A stretch of DNA of 50,038 bases, taken from Alphaproteobacteria bacterium UBA3307 (GTDB lineage Bacteria > Pseudomonadota > Alphaproteobacteria > RF32 > CAG-239). Each line of letters begins with the position of its first letter. Position 1 is the stretch's first letter. Position numbers and translations under genes: made by a program. The DNA lies in the NCBI GenBank assembly GCA_002361365.1, contig DEST01000090.1, forward strand, positions 1 to 50,038, given 5' to 3'. Shown in pieces: positions 27,801 to 36,091 of this stretch. Under the pieces are notes generated by a model. The model did no database searches. It worked only from the letters and a program-made list of their open reading frames with translations, and was not told the DNA's origin.

Positions 27801-28321
27801 AATTTAATCAGCGAATAAACATCGGCAAAGCGGGAAAGTTTATCGCGCCCTTTGAGTGCGGTCAGCTCAATAGCAAATGCAAACGAATCAATAGTAGCAC
27901 CGAGTTTTTGCACAAGTTTTGCCGCGGCTTCAGCCGTGCCGCCGATAGCCACCAAATCATCAACAATGATTACACGGTCACCTTTATGTAAGGCATCTTT
28001 ATGAATTTCCAATTTGTCCTTGCCGTATTCCAACGCGTATTCTTCGGCAATGGTATCAGCCGGTAATTTTCCCGGTTTGCGCACCGGCACAAATCCGCAA
28101 CCGAGTTTATATGCCAAAGCACCACCCAAAATAAACCCTCGCGCATCAATACCGACCACATAATCGATTTTTTTATCGCCGAAATATTCGGTCATCGTAT
28201 CAATGATTTCCCGAAAAATTTGCGGATTCTTCATTGCAGTGGTAATATCTTTGAACTGAACCCCCGGTTTTGGATAATCGGGAACGTTGCGAATTGATTT
28301 TTTGATGTTGGCCAAACTCAT
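27797..28321 (-). CDS. apt: Adenine phosphoribosyltransferase
   Basis: MSLANIKKSIRNVPDYPKPGVQFKDIT and VIIVDDLVAIGGTAEA (PRPP-binding motif). The start is set at ATG 28321 instead of the track start at 28444. Confidence 0.93.
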   Translation of the reverse strand: MSLANIKKSIRNVPDYPKPGVQFKDITTAMKNPQIFREIIDTMTEYFGDKKIDYVVGIDARGFILGGALAYKLGCGFVPVRKPGKLPADTIAEEYALEYGKDKLEIHKDALHKGDRVIIVDDLVAIGGTAEAAAKLVQKLGATIDSFAFAIELTALKGRDKLSRFADVYSLIKF

Positions 28322-28486
28322 TTGCTTTCTCCGCTCTGTTGAATACAGATTGTTTATAAAACATTTGCGGAAAAATTCAAGCGGATATTTATATTTTAAA
28401 GTATAGCATAAAAATATAGAATTTTTTTCATAAAATACTTGCATTTATCTATATATTATGGTAATTTTGACAAAAGAGAGGGCAAA

Positions 28487-30124
28487 ATGGATTTCGGGTA
28501 TAAAACTTTTTTGGCTTTGACTTTGGCTACTGCTGCTTGTTGGCGTGCCAAAGCGCAGGTTGATTCAGAAAATTTAAACGCTAAGATTATCACTCAAACT
28601 ACTCCGAAAGAGCATAATGATTCCGACTATGCTATACCATTTAATGAAGCATTTGATAGGTCTGTGGCGGTTTCAAATTATCAGCAAACCGAAAAAGAAA
28701 TTGCAAAACCGGAACAACATACAGCAAATCTTTCGTCCTCTCAAAAAGACAGTATTTTGCAAGAGCAAATTTTTCAGTCAATATTAGATATTGAATATGA
28801 TTTAATTCGCTATATGTCGCTTTCTGAAGATATAAAGTTTGTTTCTTATTGGGACAGAGCAGGTCGCAAACAAACAATCGGTCCGGGGTTGACAACGCTT
28901 GGTGGGCGCAGAGTCAGAAGAGGCGACTGCTTAAGAAGCGAAACTCAGATGCTTAAAGAATTCCGTTTAAAAGCCAAACAAGATATTGTTCCGACTATTG
29001 CAAAATATATACCACATTGGACGGAACTTGAAAATCGTGAAAAAATAGTATTGTTTGATATGTTTTGGAATAATGGAGCAGGAGCCGGTGTTTTAACCAA
29101 TAAAGCCTCCAAAAATACGTTTTATAATTCTTTGTCCGAATCACAAAAGCAAGAAATTGCCGATAGCATTAAAAATAATAACAAGAAAATAGTTCTGGGC
29201 GGCACAACTTGGTCAATGACTGATTTGCCGGAATGGAGAAATTTGAGCGTACGAGAGCGAGCCGCATTGAATCCGCTCTACTCAAATAAATGTATTGTTA
29301 AAGCAGACGAACAGAATCCTACATATTCTCAAAATTTCCGTATTTTACCACACGAAAAACGCCAAGAAATTGCCAAATTAGTTTCGACACAACGAGGGCA
29401 GCCCGCATTTGCAATACCGGAATATAGTTCTGCTTGGCAATCCAAAGACAGCACAATTCATTATCGTGATTTTGTGATAGAGGCTGATTATACTTCGTCT
29501 GATGTTAATGTTTGGTATAGGCAAACAGAAGAGAAGCAACTTGAAATCGCGCAAAAATTAGCAGAAAAAAATAAAACCACTACATATAATGGACATTTAG
29601 TTTCAGCCAGAGAGATTCCTGCGTGGTATTTTTTAAGTCAGCAAGAACGAAATAAATTACAATCGGAAGTTTTTAAGGGACGCAATTTGTTCAGGCAAAA
29701 TTCAAAAACTAAAAAACAACAGCCGATACTTTCCGGCTTATGTTGTGAACTCAACCTTTATTTGGCAGATAAAACACCGGAAAATAAGGAAAGAGTTGCA
29801 GCAAGAATTGCCTCTTTCGTACACGCGGGAGATAAGGTTTTAAGCGGTTTGCTCAAGCGAGCTAATCTTAGAGCGCAAATCTTTCTGGGTAATATTACTT
29901 TTGGCAAAGGTAAAAATCAGATTGATTTAGATGAAGTGCATCTTGGTGCAACATCGGAAATTAAAATTGCAGATTTGAATAACCCTCAAGCTATTTGTGA
30001 CAGCTTGCATAATTGCAAAGCCGGCTTAAATTATCAGGACACAATCCTCCGTCAAGAAAATTTGGTCAATAAAGGTCGCATAATAAAGCAAGCCAGAATT
30101 CGTACCGGTACACGCGGACGATGA
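28487..30124 (+). CDS. Secreted GH24 (phage-type) lysozyme-like protein with a large internal repeat-bearing insertion
   Basis: Signal peptide MDFGYKTFLALTLATAACWRAKAQ, with a GAGAGGG RBS before ATG 28487. The segment SLSEDIKFVSYWDRAGRKQTIGPG...LFDMFWNNGAGAG resembles the E-x8-D-x6-T core and the FN.G motif of GH24. The segment HAGDKVLSGLLKRANLRAQIF resembles the C-terminal G..L.GL..RR..E..LF of GH24. Confidence 0.65.
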   Translation: MDFGYKTFLALTLATAACWRAKAQVDSENLNAKIITQTTPKEHNDSDYAIPFNEAFDRSVAVSNYQQTEKEIAKPEQHTANLSSSQKDSILQEQIFQSILDIEYDLIRYMSLSEDIKFVSYWDRAGRKQTIGPGLTTLGGRRVRRGDCLRSETQMLKEFRLKAKQDIVPTIAKYIPHWTELENREKIVLFDMFWNNGAGAGVLTNKASKNTFYNSLSESQKQEIADSIKNNNKKIVLGGTTWSMTDLPEWRNLSVRERAALNPLYSNKCIVKADEQNPTYSQNFRILPHEKRQEIAKLVSTQRGQPAFAIPEYSSAWQSKDSTIHYRDFVIEADYTSSDVNVWYRQTEEKQLEIAQKLAEKNKTTTYNGHLVSAREIPAWYFLSQQERNKLQSEVFKGRNLFRQNSKTKKQQPILSGLCCELNLYLADKTPENKERVAARIASFVHAGDKVLSGLLKRANLRAQIFLGNITFGKGKNQIDLDEVHLGATSEIKIADLNNPQAICDSLHNCKAGLNYQDTILRQENLVNKGRIIKQARIRTGTRGR

Positions 30125-30194
30125 AATTTCTTGAAAATATACAATTCCGTATTATATCTTTTTGTACCATCATTTTTTACAGAAAGGAGTTGTT

Positions 30195-30410
30195 ATGAAA
30201 AGAGCGTATGTTAATCCGGATTTGTGTATCGGTTGCGGTTTGTGTGTCAGCACTGTACCTGAGGTTTTTCAGCTTAATGCTGAAGGAATTTCCGAAGTGT
30301 ATGCCCCTACGCCTGAAGATAAATGGGACGATGTTTATGATGCGGTAGATTCGTGTCCGGTCAAAGCCATTTCGGTGATAGACGAAGATTTGCCGAAAGA
30401 TGAACAATAG
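30195..30410 (+). CDS. Small single-cluster [4Fe-4S]/[3Fe-4S] ferredoxin
   Basis: CIGCGLC ... CP cluster-binding pattern, 71 aa. AAAGGAG RBS 6 nt before ATG 30195; the track start at 30162 is over-extended. Confidence 0.85.
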   Translation: MKRAYVNPDLCIGCGLCVSTVPEVFQLNAEGISEVYAPTPEDKWDDVYDAVDSCPVKAISVIDEDLPKDEQ

Positions 30411-30438
30411 TTACTTGAAAAATTTTTGTATGGTTAAT

Positions 30439-31518
30439 TTAAATCTTTAGAAAATATCGCCAAGAGGCAACAAGTTCCGAGTCGTCAAAATAACTCTGCA
30501 ACAGACGTTGATTGTTGTGTGCGTCATTTTTATCCATATAAATAAATTCTTCAAAATTCATATTTTTAATTTTGTTACTATCAAAAATTTTGTAGCCTTT
30601 ATTTATAAAACCGCGATATGTAGTAATTTCACTGCGGATATAAACCTTATGACCGAGATACAAATTGCATCTGATATTACCGACTCCTTGTTGTCTGCTT
30701 TGATTTAAAATCAAAATATCAATATTTTTGATATGATTTGCATATTCTTCAGGCTCTAAATAATCGGTTACAGCAAAAAATTTATCTCCAAACAATTCCG
30801 TTCCTTTTTTTATAATTTCTTCATTAAACTGCGTCTGAGCATAAGATAAAATGGTAGTAATTCTTAAATTTTTTGAGCTAAATTTTGCTAAAATATCCAG
30901 CATTTCCAATGTACTGCCATCTGCAGAATTATTGATTTGAACTGTAATAGGTGCCGGATTTTTTATAGCTGAATCCAAATATTTTTTGGAAACAACACTG
31001 GGATAAAAAGGCAATTCATAAATCGTCTTATCTTTATGGTATTTATTCAAATATGTAGTTTTATCAAAATTAGTTATCACCGCCTTTACGTTTTCTTTAA
31101 CAAATCTGCTTTGCTCGTTTTCCGGTCCATAAATATCGTATCCCCAAACAATCCAATAACAGCGTTTAAGCAAAGATTTATTATCATAAAACCAATTTAC
31201 AGCCGTAGCAGACAAAGAATGAATAAATATTTTTTTGACTTTTTGCAAGTTAATATCTATGCTCTGTAACTGGCAGACAACCACGTTTTCATATTGTGTG
31301 GGAATTACAAATTTAGAATTTGAATTGTAAAAAATAAAACAATGCTTTCGAGCATCAAAATGTTCATTTATAAATGTTACAAATGGTGCTGAGAACTTAT
31401 CATTAACCATTAAATGCACATATCTGTACTTTTTTTTAGTGCAAAGAAGCTTGGTTCTGAAACTTTTCCATAATTCTAAGAAAACACTATTTTTCATCAT
31501 CAAAAATTTTTTCGCCAT
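30439..31518 (-). CDS. WecF-like glycosyltransferase (GT56, TDP-Fuc4NAc:lipid 4-alpha-fucosaminyltransferase family); start may be 31518, 31500 or 31497
   Basis: The N-terminal region YVHLMVNDKFSAPFVTFINEHF parallels the WecF N-terminus (IHVLGSDIPHHN.TVLRFF). Length is about 350 aa. All candidate starts overlap the 3' end of the upstream BKACE gene. Very AT-rich. Confidence 0.6.
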   Translation of the reverse strand: MAKKFLMMKNSVFLELWKSFRTKLLCTKKKYRYVHLMVNDKFSAPFVTFINEHFDARKHCFIFYNSNSKFVIPTQYENVVVCQLQSIDINLQKVKKIFIHSLSATAVNWFYDNKSLLKRCYWIVWGYDIYGPENEQSRFVKENVKAVITNFDKTTYLNKYHKDKTIYELPFYPSVVSKKYLDSAIKNPAPITVQINNSADGSTLEMLDILAKFSSKNLRITTILSYAQTQFNEEIIKKGTELFGDKFFAVTDYLEPEEYANHIKNIDILILNQSRQQGVGNIRCNLYLGHKVYIRSEITTYRGFINKGYKIFDSNKIKNMNFEEFIYMDKNDAHNNQRLLQSYFDDSELVASWRYFLKI

Positions 31519-32365
31519 AAAGACCGTTTCCCGGTTGCAGATTGAGTATTTTTCTAAAATCTTTGGAAGCCATAACTTTTTTACCTTGAGCTTCCATAAT
31601 TCTCTTAATACGTTTCAGTAATTCGGCGTTGCTGGCCGGCTCTGTCTTGTTCTGATCAAAAAAGATATTATCTTCAAGCCCCACTCTGACACCTGCATCT
31701 GTAGCTATGGCCAGAGCATTCATTTCAAGTTGGTATTTTCCCAAGCCACCGAGTGTATAAAAAGAATTTTCCGGCAAATCATTTATCATTATGGCTGTAT
31801 GTAGCAAATTTGCCTGTGCCGAAGCTATATTTCCCAAAATTAAATTAAAAAAATACGGCGGACGAATATATCCCTTTTTAGAAAGATATTTTGCATAATT
31901 AATCATTCCCAAATCAAATACCTCCAATTCCGGCTTTATTGTTAATTTTTTCAACAAAGAGGCAATATCCATAACAGTTTGCGGAGAATTTATACTTGCT
32001 TGATTATTAAAATTGAGCGAACTTAAGGTCAGGCTACCCATATCAGGCTTTAAGTCACCTTGTAAATAAAGCGGAGCTGTCCTTTGGTTAAGTTCATAAA
32101 CATTTCTGCCGCTTAGTGAAACGCAAATAACAAGTTCTTTAAGGTATTTACGTATTTTTTCGATTATTTCTGCATATTTCTCTGCTGAATGTGCCGGAGT
32201 GCCATCAAAATTTCTGGCGTGCAAATGCACTGAGGTAATACCTATTTCGGCAGCTTCAAAAACATTATCTGCAATTTCATTTGCGCTTATGGGCACATTG
32301 GGGTTTTGGCTTTTAGTCGGAATAATGCCTGTTGGCGTAAAATTCACTATTATATCATTGGTCAT
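31487..32365 (-). CDS. BKACE-family enzyme (3-keto-5-aminohexanoate cleavage enzyme-like, DUF849)
   Basis: IIVNFTPTGIIPT...PISANEIADNVFEAAEIGITSVHLHARNFDGTP matches the BKACE TIM-barrel N-terminal signature, including the HxH-type metal ligands. ATGA overlap with the upstream gene. Confidence 0.75.
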   Translation of the reverse strand: MTNDIIVNFTPTGIIPTKSQNPNVPISANEIADNVFEAAEIGITSVHLHARNFDGTPAHSAEKYAEIIEKIRKYLKELVICVSLSGRNVYELNQRTAPLYLQGDLKPDMGSLTLSSLNFNNQASINSPQTVMDIASLLKKLTIKPELEVFDLGMINYAKYLSKKGYIRPPYFFNLILGNIASAQANLLHTAIMINDLPENSFYTLGGLGKYQLEMNALAIATDAGVRVGLEDNIFFDQNKTEPASNAELLKRIKRIMEAQGKKVMASKDFRKILNLQPGNGLYGEKIFDDEK

Positions 32366-33021
32366 AATAATATCCCCGTTTGTTTATGGCTTTTAATTTT
32401 TACCGCCGGAATACCGATATACTGACTAAAAGGTTCTGTGTCTTTTGTGACCAGACTTGCGGCTCCGATTAAGGTTTCTGTTTTAATATTCCGATGTTCG
32501 ATAATGGTTGCGCCAATTCCTATAAACGACAAATCCTCTATGGTCGTATATCCGGCAATACTGCAATTTGGTGCTATATAAACACCATTATGAATGTCGA
32601 AATTATGCCCGACATAGGTATTAGGGCGGATTATATTGCAATTTCCCATTTTTCCGAAATAATCAAGATACGTACCGGCAAAAACAATATTGTTTTCTCC
32701 TATTATAATATCATTTGCCACAATCGCATCTTTGCTGATATAATTGATGAAATTATATCCTTTGTTTTTCAGTTGCAAATAAGACGCGTATCTTTCGCGC
32801 ATTGATGAGTAAACACCGGTAGATATAACTCTTATACTGTTTGGAGTAAAAATTTTTTCTATTTCAGATGTTTTATAAATCGGTTTTCCCAAATAAGAAT
32901 CTTCTTGATAGTATTTATCATCGCAGACAATTGCCCTCACTGCATAACGAATATCCGCAAAAATTTCCGCCAACAAAAGTTTTCCCGTAGTTCCCAATCC
33001 ATGCAGTAATATATCTTCCAT
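32362..33021 (-). CDS. NeuD/PglD-family sugar N/O-acyltransferase (left-handed beta-helix, hexapeptide repeats)
   Basis: N-terminal Rossmann-like GLGTTGKLL segment, then hexapeptide repeats (IIGENNIVFAGTYL...IAPNCSIAGYTTIEDLSFIGIGATI) and the C-terminal YIGIPAVKI typical of NeuD/PglD. Confidence 0.8.
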   Translation of the reverse strand: MEDILLHGLGTTGKLLLAEIFADIRYAVRAIVCDDKYYQEDSYLGKPIYKTSEIEKIFTPNSIRVISTGVYSSMRERYASYLQLKNKGYNFINYISKDAIVANDIIIGENNIVFAGTYLDYFGKMGNCNIIRPNTYVGHNFDIHNGVYIAPNCSIAGYTTIEDLSFIGIGATIIEHRNIKTETLIGAASLVTKDTEPFSQYIGIPAVKIKSHKQTGILL

Positions 33022-33040
33022 ATAAGCCAGTCCTTACTAC

Positions 33041-35041
33041 TTAAATATCCAAATTATCCACAAACTTTGCCCGCTCAATAATAAAACGAAAACGCGGTTC
33101 TGGGTCTTTACCCATCAGGCGTTCAACTTGTCGCCGTGTTTCAAAATCTTCGGCACGACCTTCCTCAGTATCAGTGCTTGGAATCATCACTCTGAGCAAA
33201 ATGCGATTATTTTTATCCATTGTTGTTTCTTTAAGCTGTGTCGGGCTCATCTCTCCCAAACCTTTAAAGCGGCTTATATCCGGCTTTGTATTTCCTTTAG
33301 TTACCTTTGACAGAATTTTATCCTTTTCATCATCATCCAGCGCATAATAGTTTTTCCCGCCGGCCACAATTTTATACAACGGCGGAGTAGCAATAAACAA
33401 GTGTCCGTTTTCAATCAGTTTCGGCATATGCTGATAGAAAAATGTCATCAACAACGATGTAATATGTGCGCCATCAACATCGGCATCGGTCATAATGATG
33501 ATTTTCTCGTAGCGTAATGCATCTTCATTATAATTATCCTTTACGCCGCAACCGAGAGCCTCTATCATATCTTTAATTTCCTGATTCTGCGCAATTCGCT
33601 CGACTGAGGCACTGGCCACATTCAGAATCTTTCCTCGTAAAGGCAAAATGGCTTGCGTAACTCTGTCACGTCCCTGTTTTGCCGAACCACCGGCGGAATC
33701 TCCCTCAACAATAAATATTTCCGTATTTTCCGCCGCGGCTTGTGAACAATCGGCGAGTTTCCCCGGCAAGCGTAATTTTTTAGTCGGAGACTTACGTGCT
33801 TGTGCCTTTTCTTCCTTCTTTTTGCGACGCGCCTCCGCGCGCTCCAGAACGTACTCTATCAGCGCTTTAGCATTTTCAGCATCGCTTGAAAGCCAATGAT
33901 CAAACGAATCCTTAACTGCCGTTTCCACCAGATGAATCGCTTTGGTTGAGGTCAGTTTGTCTTTGGTTTGTCCCTGAAATTGCGGGTCTGTGATAAATAC
34001 CGAAAGCATCAGACAAGCATCGCTTAACAAATCATCAGGGGTAATAGCAGAAATCTTTTTATAATTTGCCATTTCCCCATATTCTCTAAGTCCGCGAGCC
34101 AGAGCTGAACGAAATCCGGTTTCGTGTGTTCCGCCTTCCGGCGTAATTACCGTATTACAATAAGAATAGGAAAACCCTTTTTCATCAAGCGGCCAAGTAA
34201 TGGCCCATTCAACGCGACCTTCATTGTTGGCCAGTTCTGATTCACCGGTAAAAGCCTCACGGTTAACGGTTGCGCGTTCGCCGATTTGTATATTCAAAAA
34301 GTCCGACAAACCGTTCGGATAGTGCAATTCAGCTTCGGTCGGTGTGGTATCGCCCTCGGTAATCAGTTCCGACGCACATTTCCAGTTAATCAGCACACCT
34401 TTAAACAAAAATGCCTTTGAGCGCGCCATTCGGTAAACGCGATTAGCGATAAATTGATTATTACCTTCAAAAATCTCAGCATCCGGTTTAAATGTAATCG
34501 ACGTACCGCGGCGATTCGGGCAGTTACCGACCAACGTCAGCGGAGTCTGCGGTTTGCCGCGGGAATATTCTTGCCGCCAAAGTTTTTTATCGCGGGCAAC
34601 TTCCACCACCAATGTTTCTGATAAAGCATTAACGACTGATAAACCAACGCCGTGCAATCCGCCGGAAACCTTATAAGCACCGCCGCCAAATTTGCCGCCG
34701 GAGTGCAATGTTGTCAAAATAACCTCAAGAGCCGATACTCCCGGATATTTCGGATGTTCATCAACCGGAATACCGCGCCCGTTGTCGGCGATTGTTACGG
34801 TTCCGTCGGCATTCATTGTCACATCAATATGGTTGGCAAACCCGGCAACTGCCTCATCCATAGAGTTATCCAAAATTTCTGCCACCAAATGATGCATAGC
34901 CTGAATGTCGGTGCCGCCGATATACATTCCAGGGCGATGCCGCACCGGTTCCAGACCTTCCAAAACCTCAATATCGGTTGCCGTATATTCGGCTTTGCTT
35001 TGTGTTGATAATGATGTGTTTGCTTCAAATAAATCGGACAT
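33041..35041 (-). CDS. parE: DNA topoisomerase IV subunit B
   Basis: GHKL ATPase motifs (LEGLEPVRHRPGMYIGGT, EILDNSMDE, GGLHGVG), Toprim (EIFIVEGDSAGGSAKQGRDR), and PLRGKILNV. At 666 aa it lacks the long GyrB insertion, which favours ParE. Start set at ATG 35041. Confidence 0.88.
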   Translation of the reverse strand: MSDLFEANTSLSTQSKAEYTATDIEVLEGLEPVRHRPGMYIGGTDIQAMHHLVAEILDNSMDEAVAGFANHIDVTMNADGTVTIADNGRGIPVDEHPKYPGVSALEVILTTLHSGGKFGGGAYKVSGGLHGVGLSVVNALSETLVVEVARDKKLWRQEYSRGKPQTPLTLVGNCPNRRGTSITFKPDAEIFEGNNQFIANRVYRMARSKAFLFKGVLINWKCASELITEGDTTPTEAELHYPNGLSDFLNIQIGERATVNREAFTGESELANNEGRVEWAITWPLDEKGFSYSYCNTVITPEGGTHETGFRSALARGLREYGEMANYKKISAITPDDLLSDACLMLSVFITDPQFQGQTKDKLTSTKAIHLVETAVKDSFDHWLSSDAENAKALIEYVLERAEARRKKKEEKAQARKSPTKKLRLPGKLADCSQAAAENTEIFIVEGDSAGGSAKQGRDRVTQAILPLRGKILNVASASVERIAQNQEIKDMIEALGCGVKDNYNEDALRYEKIIIMTDADVDGAHITSLLMTFFYQHMPKLIENGHLFIATPPLYKIVAGGKNYYALDDDEKDKILSKVTKGNTKPDISRFKGLGEMSPTQLKETTMDKNNRILLRVMIPSTDTEEGRAEDFETRRQVERLMGKDPEPRFRFIIERAKFVDNLDI

Positions 35042-35148
35042 TTTTCCCTCAAAAACTCTCAAATTACTGGTAAAATTAGCCGATTTATGTGGTAAATTCA
35101 AGCAAAAACCGGCATTCATAAACAAAAATATAAAGTAGAATTTTTTTG

Positions 35149-35177
35149 TTGACTTATCAAATTTATGCCGTTATAAG
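35149..35177 (+). promoter_or_regulatory. Strong candidate sigma70 promoter of the rpmH-rnpA-yidD-yidC-engB operon
   Basis: TTGACT (35149-35154), a 17-nt spacer, then TATAAG (35172-35177), about 75 nt upstream of the rpmH ATG. Confidence 0.55.
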
Positions 35178-35252
35178 AATAACGAAAAATTAACCGAGAA
35201 TCTGCCTTTGTGTGCGGATTTTAAATAACTAATAACTAACCGGAGAATTGAA

Positions 35253-35387
35253 ATGAAAAGAACATATCAACCAAGTAAGATTGTGCGTGCGCGCCGCCAC
35301 GGCTTTAGAGCGCGTATGGCAACCGCCAACGGTCGCAAGGTTTTGTCCGCCCGCAGAGCGAGAGGTCGTAAAAGAATTTCTGCTTAA
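35253..35387 (+). CDS. rpmH: 50S ribosomal protein L34 (too short to appear in the ORF track)
   Basis: My translation is [44 protein letters not shown], the canonical L34 sequence. GGAGA RBS upstream, and rnpA follows. Confidence 0.95.
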   Translation: MKRTYQPSKIVRARRHGFRARMATANGRKVLSARRARGRKRISA

Positions 35388-35396
35388 TGGTTTGCC

Positions 35397-35816
35397 ATGA
35401 GCAACTTTCCGATAATCAAAAAACGAAAAGATTTTTTAAGAGCCGCTAAAGCTGAAACCGTTATTTTTCATAACGTCTTATTGCAAGCGGCTCGCAATTT
35501 TTCCGTAGACAAGTCGAAACCGGCGCGAATCGGTTTTACCGCCACCAAAAGGCTCGGCAAAGCACATATCCGCAACCGCACCAAACGACGTCTGCGTGCT
35601 GTTGTGCGCGAAATTTATGACAAATATGCCCAGCCGAATACTGATTATGTTTTGGTCGGAAGATATGATACTTATTGTTGCCCGTTTGCAAATTTGCGCT
35701 CTGATATTATTCGCGCATTTAAAAAAGTTAACAATGCTTTTGCCACAGTCCGTAGTGATAATTCCGAATCCGAAAGCGAATCGTCTGATGAAAAAATTGC
35801 CAATTGCATTGATTAG
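35397..35816 (+). CDS. rnpA: Ribonuclease P protein component
   Basis: It sits directly after rpmH. Basic protein with [24 protein letters not shown], the RNR motif of RnpA. Confidence 0.88.
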   Translation: MSNFPIIKKRKDFLRAAKAETVIFHNVLLQAARNFSVDKSKPARIGFTATKRLGKAHIRNRTKRRLRAVVREIYDKYAQPNTDYVLVGRYDTYCCPFANLRSDIIRAFKKVNNAFATVRSDNSESESESSDEKIANCID

Positions 35817-36024
35817 ATTATACCAAATTTTTATCTCGCCGTTATTTCCGGGAGTATGCCGCTTTCAACCGACGTGTTCACAATATATGATTGAGGCGAT
35901 AAAAATACACGGCATTATTAAAGGAATTTGGCTGGGATTTAAGCGAATCTGCCGTTGTCACCCGTGGGGAGGCTCCGGATACGATGCGGTTCCGCCTAAA
36001 GAAATACGGCATAAGTCAAGTTAA
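35788..36024 (+). CDS. yidD: Membrane protein insertion efficiency factor YidD
   Basis: [35 protein letters not shown]...[17 protein letters not shown] is the YidD signature. Start set at ATG 35788, which overlaps the end of rnpA. The upstream part of track ORF 35596.. is out-of-frame overlap with rnpA. Confidence 0.88.
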   Translation: MKKLPIALIRLYQIFISPLFPGVCRFQPTCSQYMIEAIKIHGIIKGIWLGFKRICRCHPWGGSGYDAVPPKEIRHKSS

Positions 36025-36091
36025 TTGCTTGATTTTTGTAGCATTATAATTTAGAAAGTATAAAAATTTGAAGCAAAGGGAGTCTTAGTTT

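Noticed and set aside
33054-33062. A perfect DnaA-box 9-mer, TTATCCACA, near rpmH/rnpA/yidC, which might suggest a replication origin.
   Set aside because: It is a single copy inside the parE coding region. A chance occurrence is plausible in 100 kb of two-strand sequence. There is no dnaA gene, no box cluster and no AT-rich unwinding element nearby, and alphaproteobacterial origins are usually elsewhere (the hemE region).
35596-35787. The upstream two-fifths of track ORF 35596-36024, which would give a 142-aa protein overlapping rnpA.
   Set aside because: Only the last 78 codons match YidD. The upstream part is an alternate-frame read-through of rnpA coding sequence.
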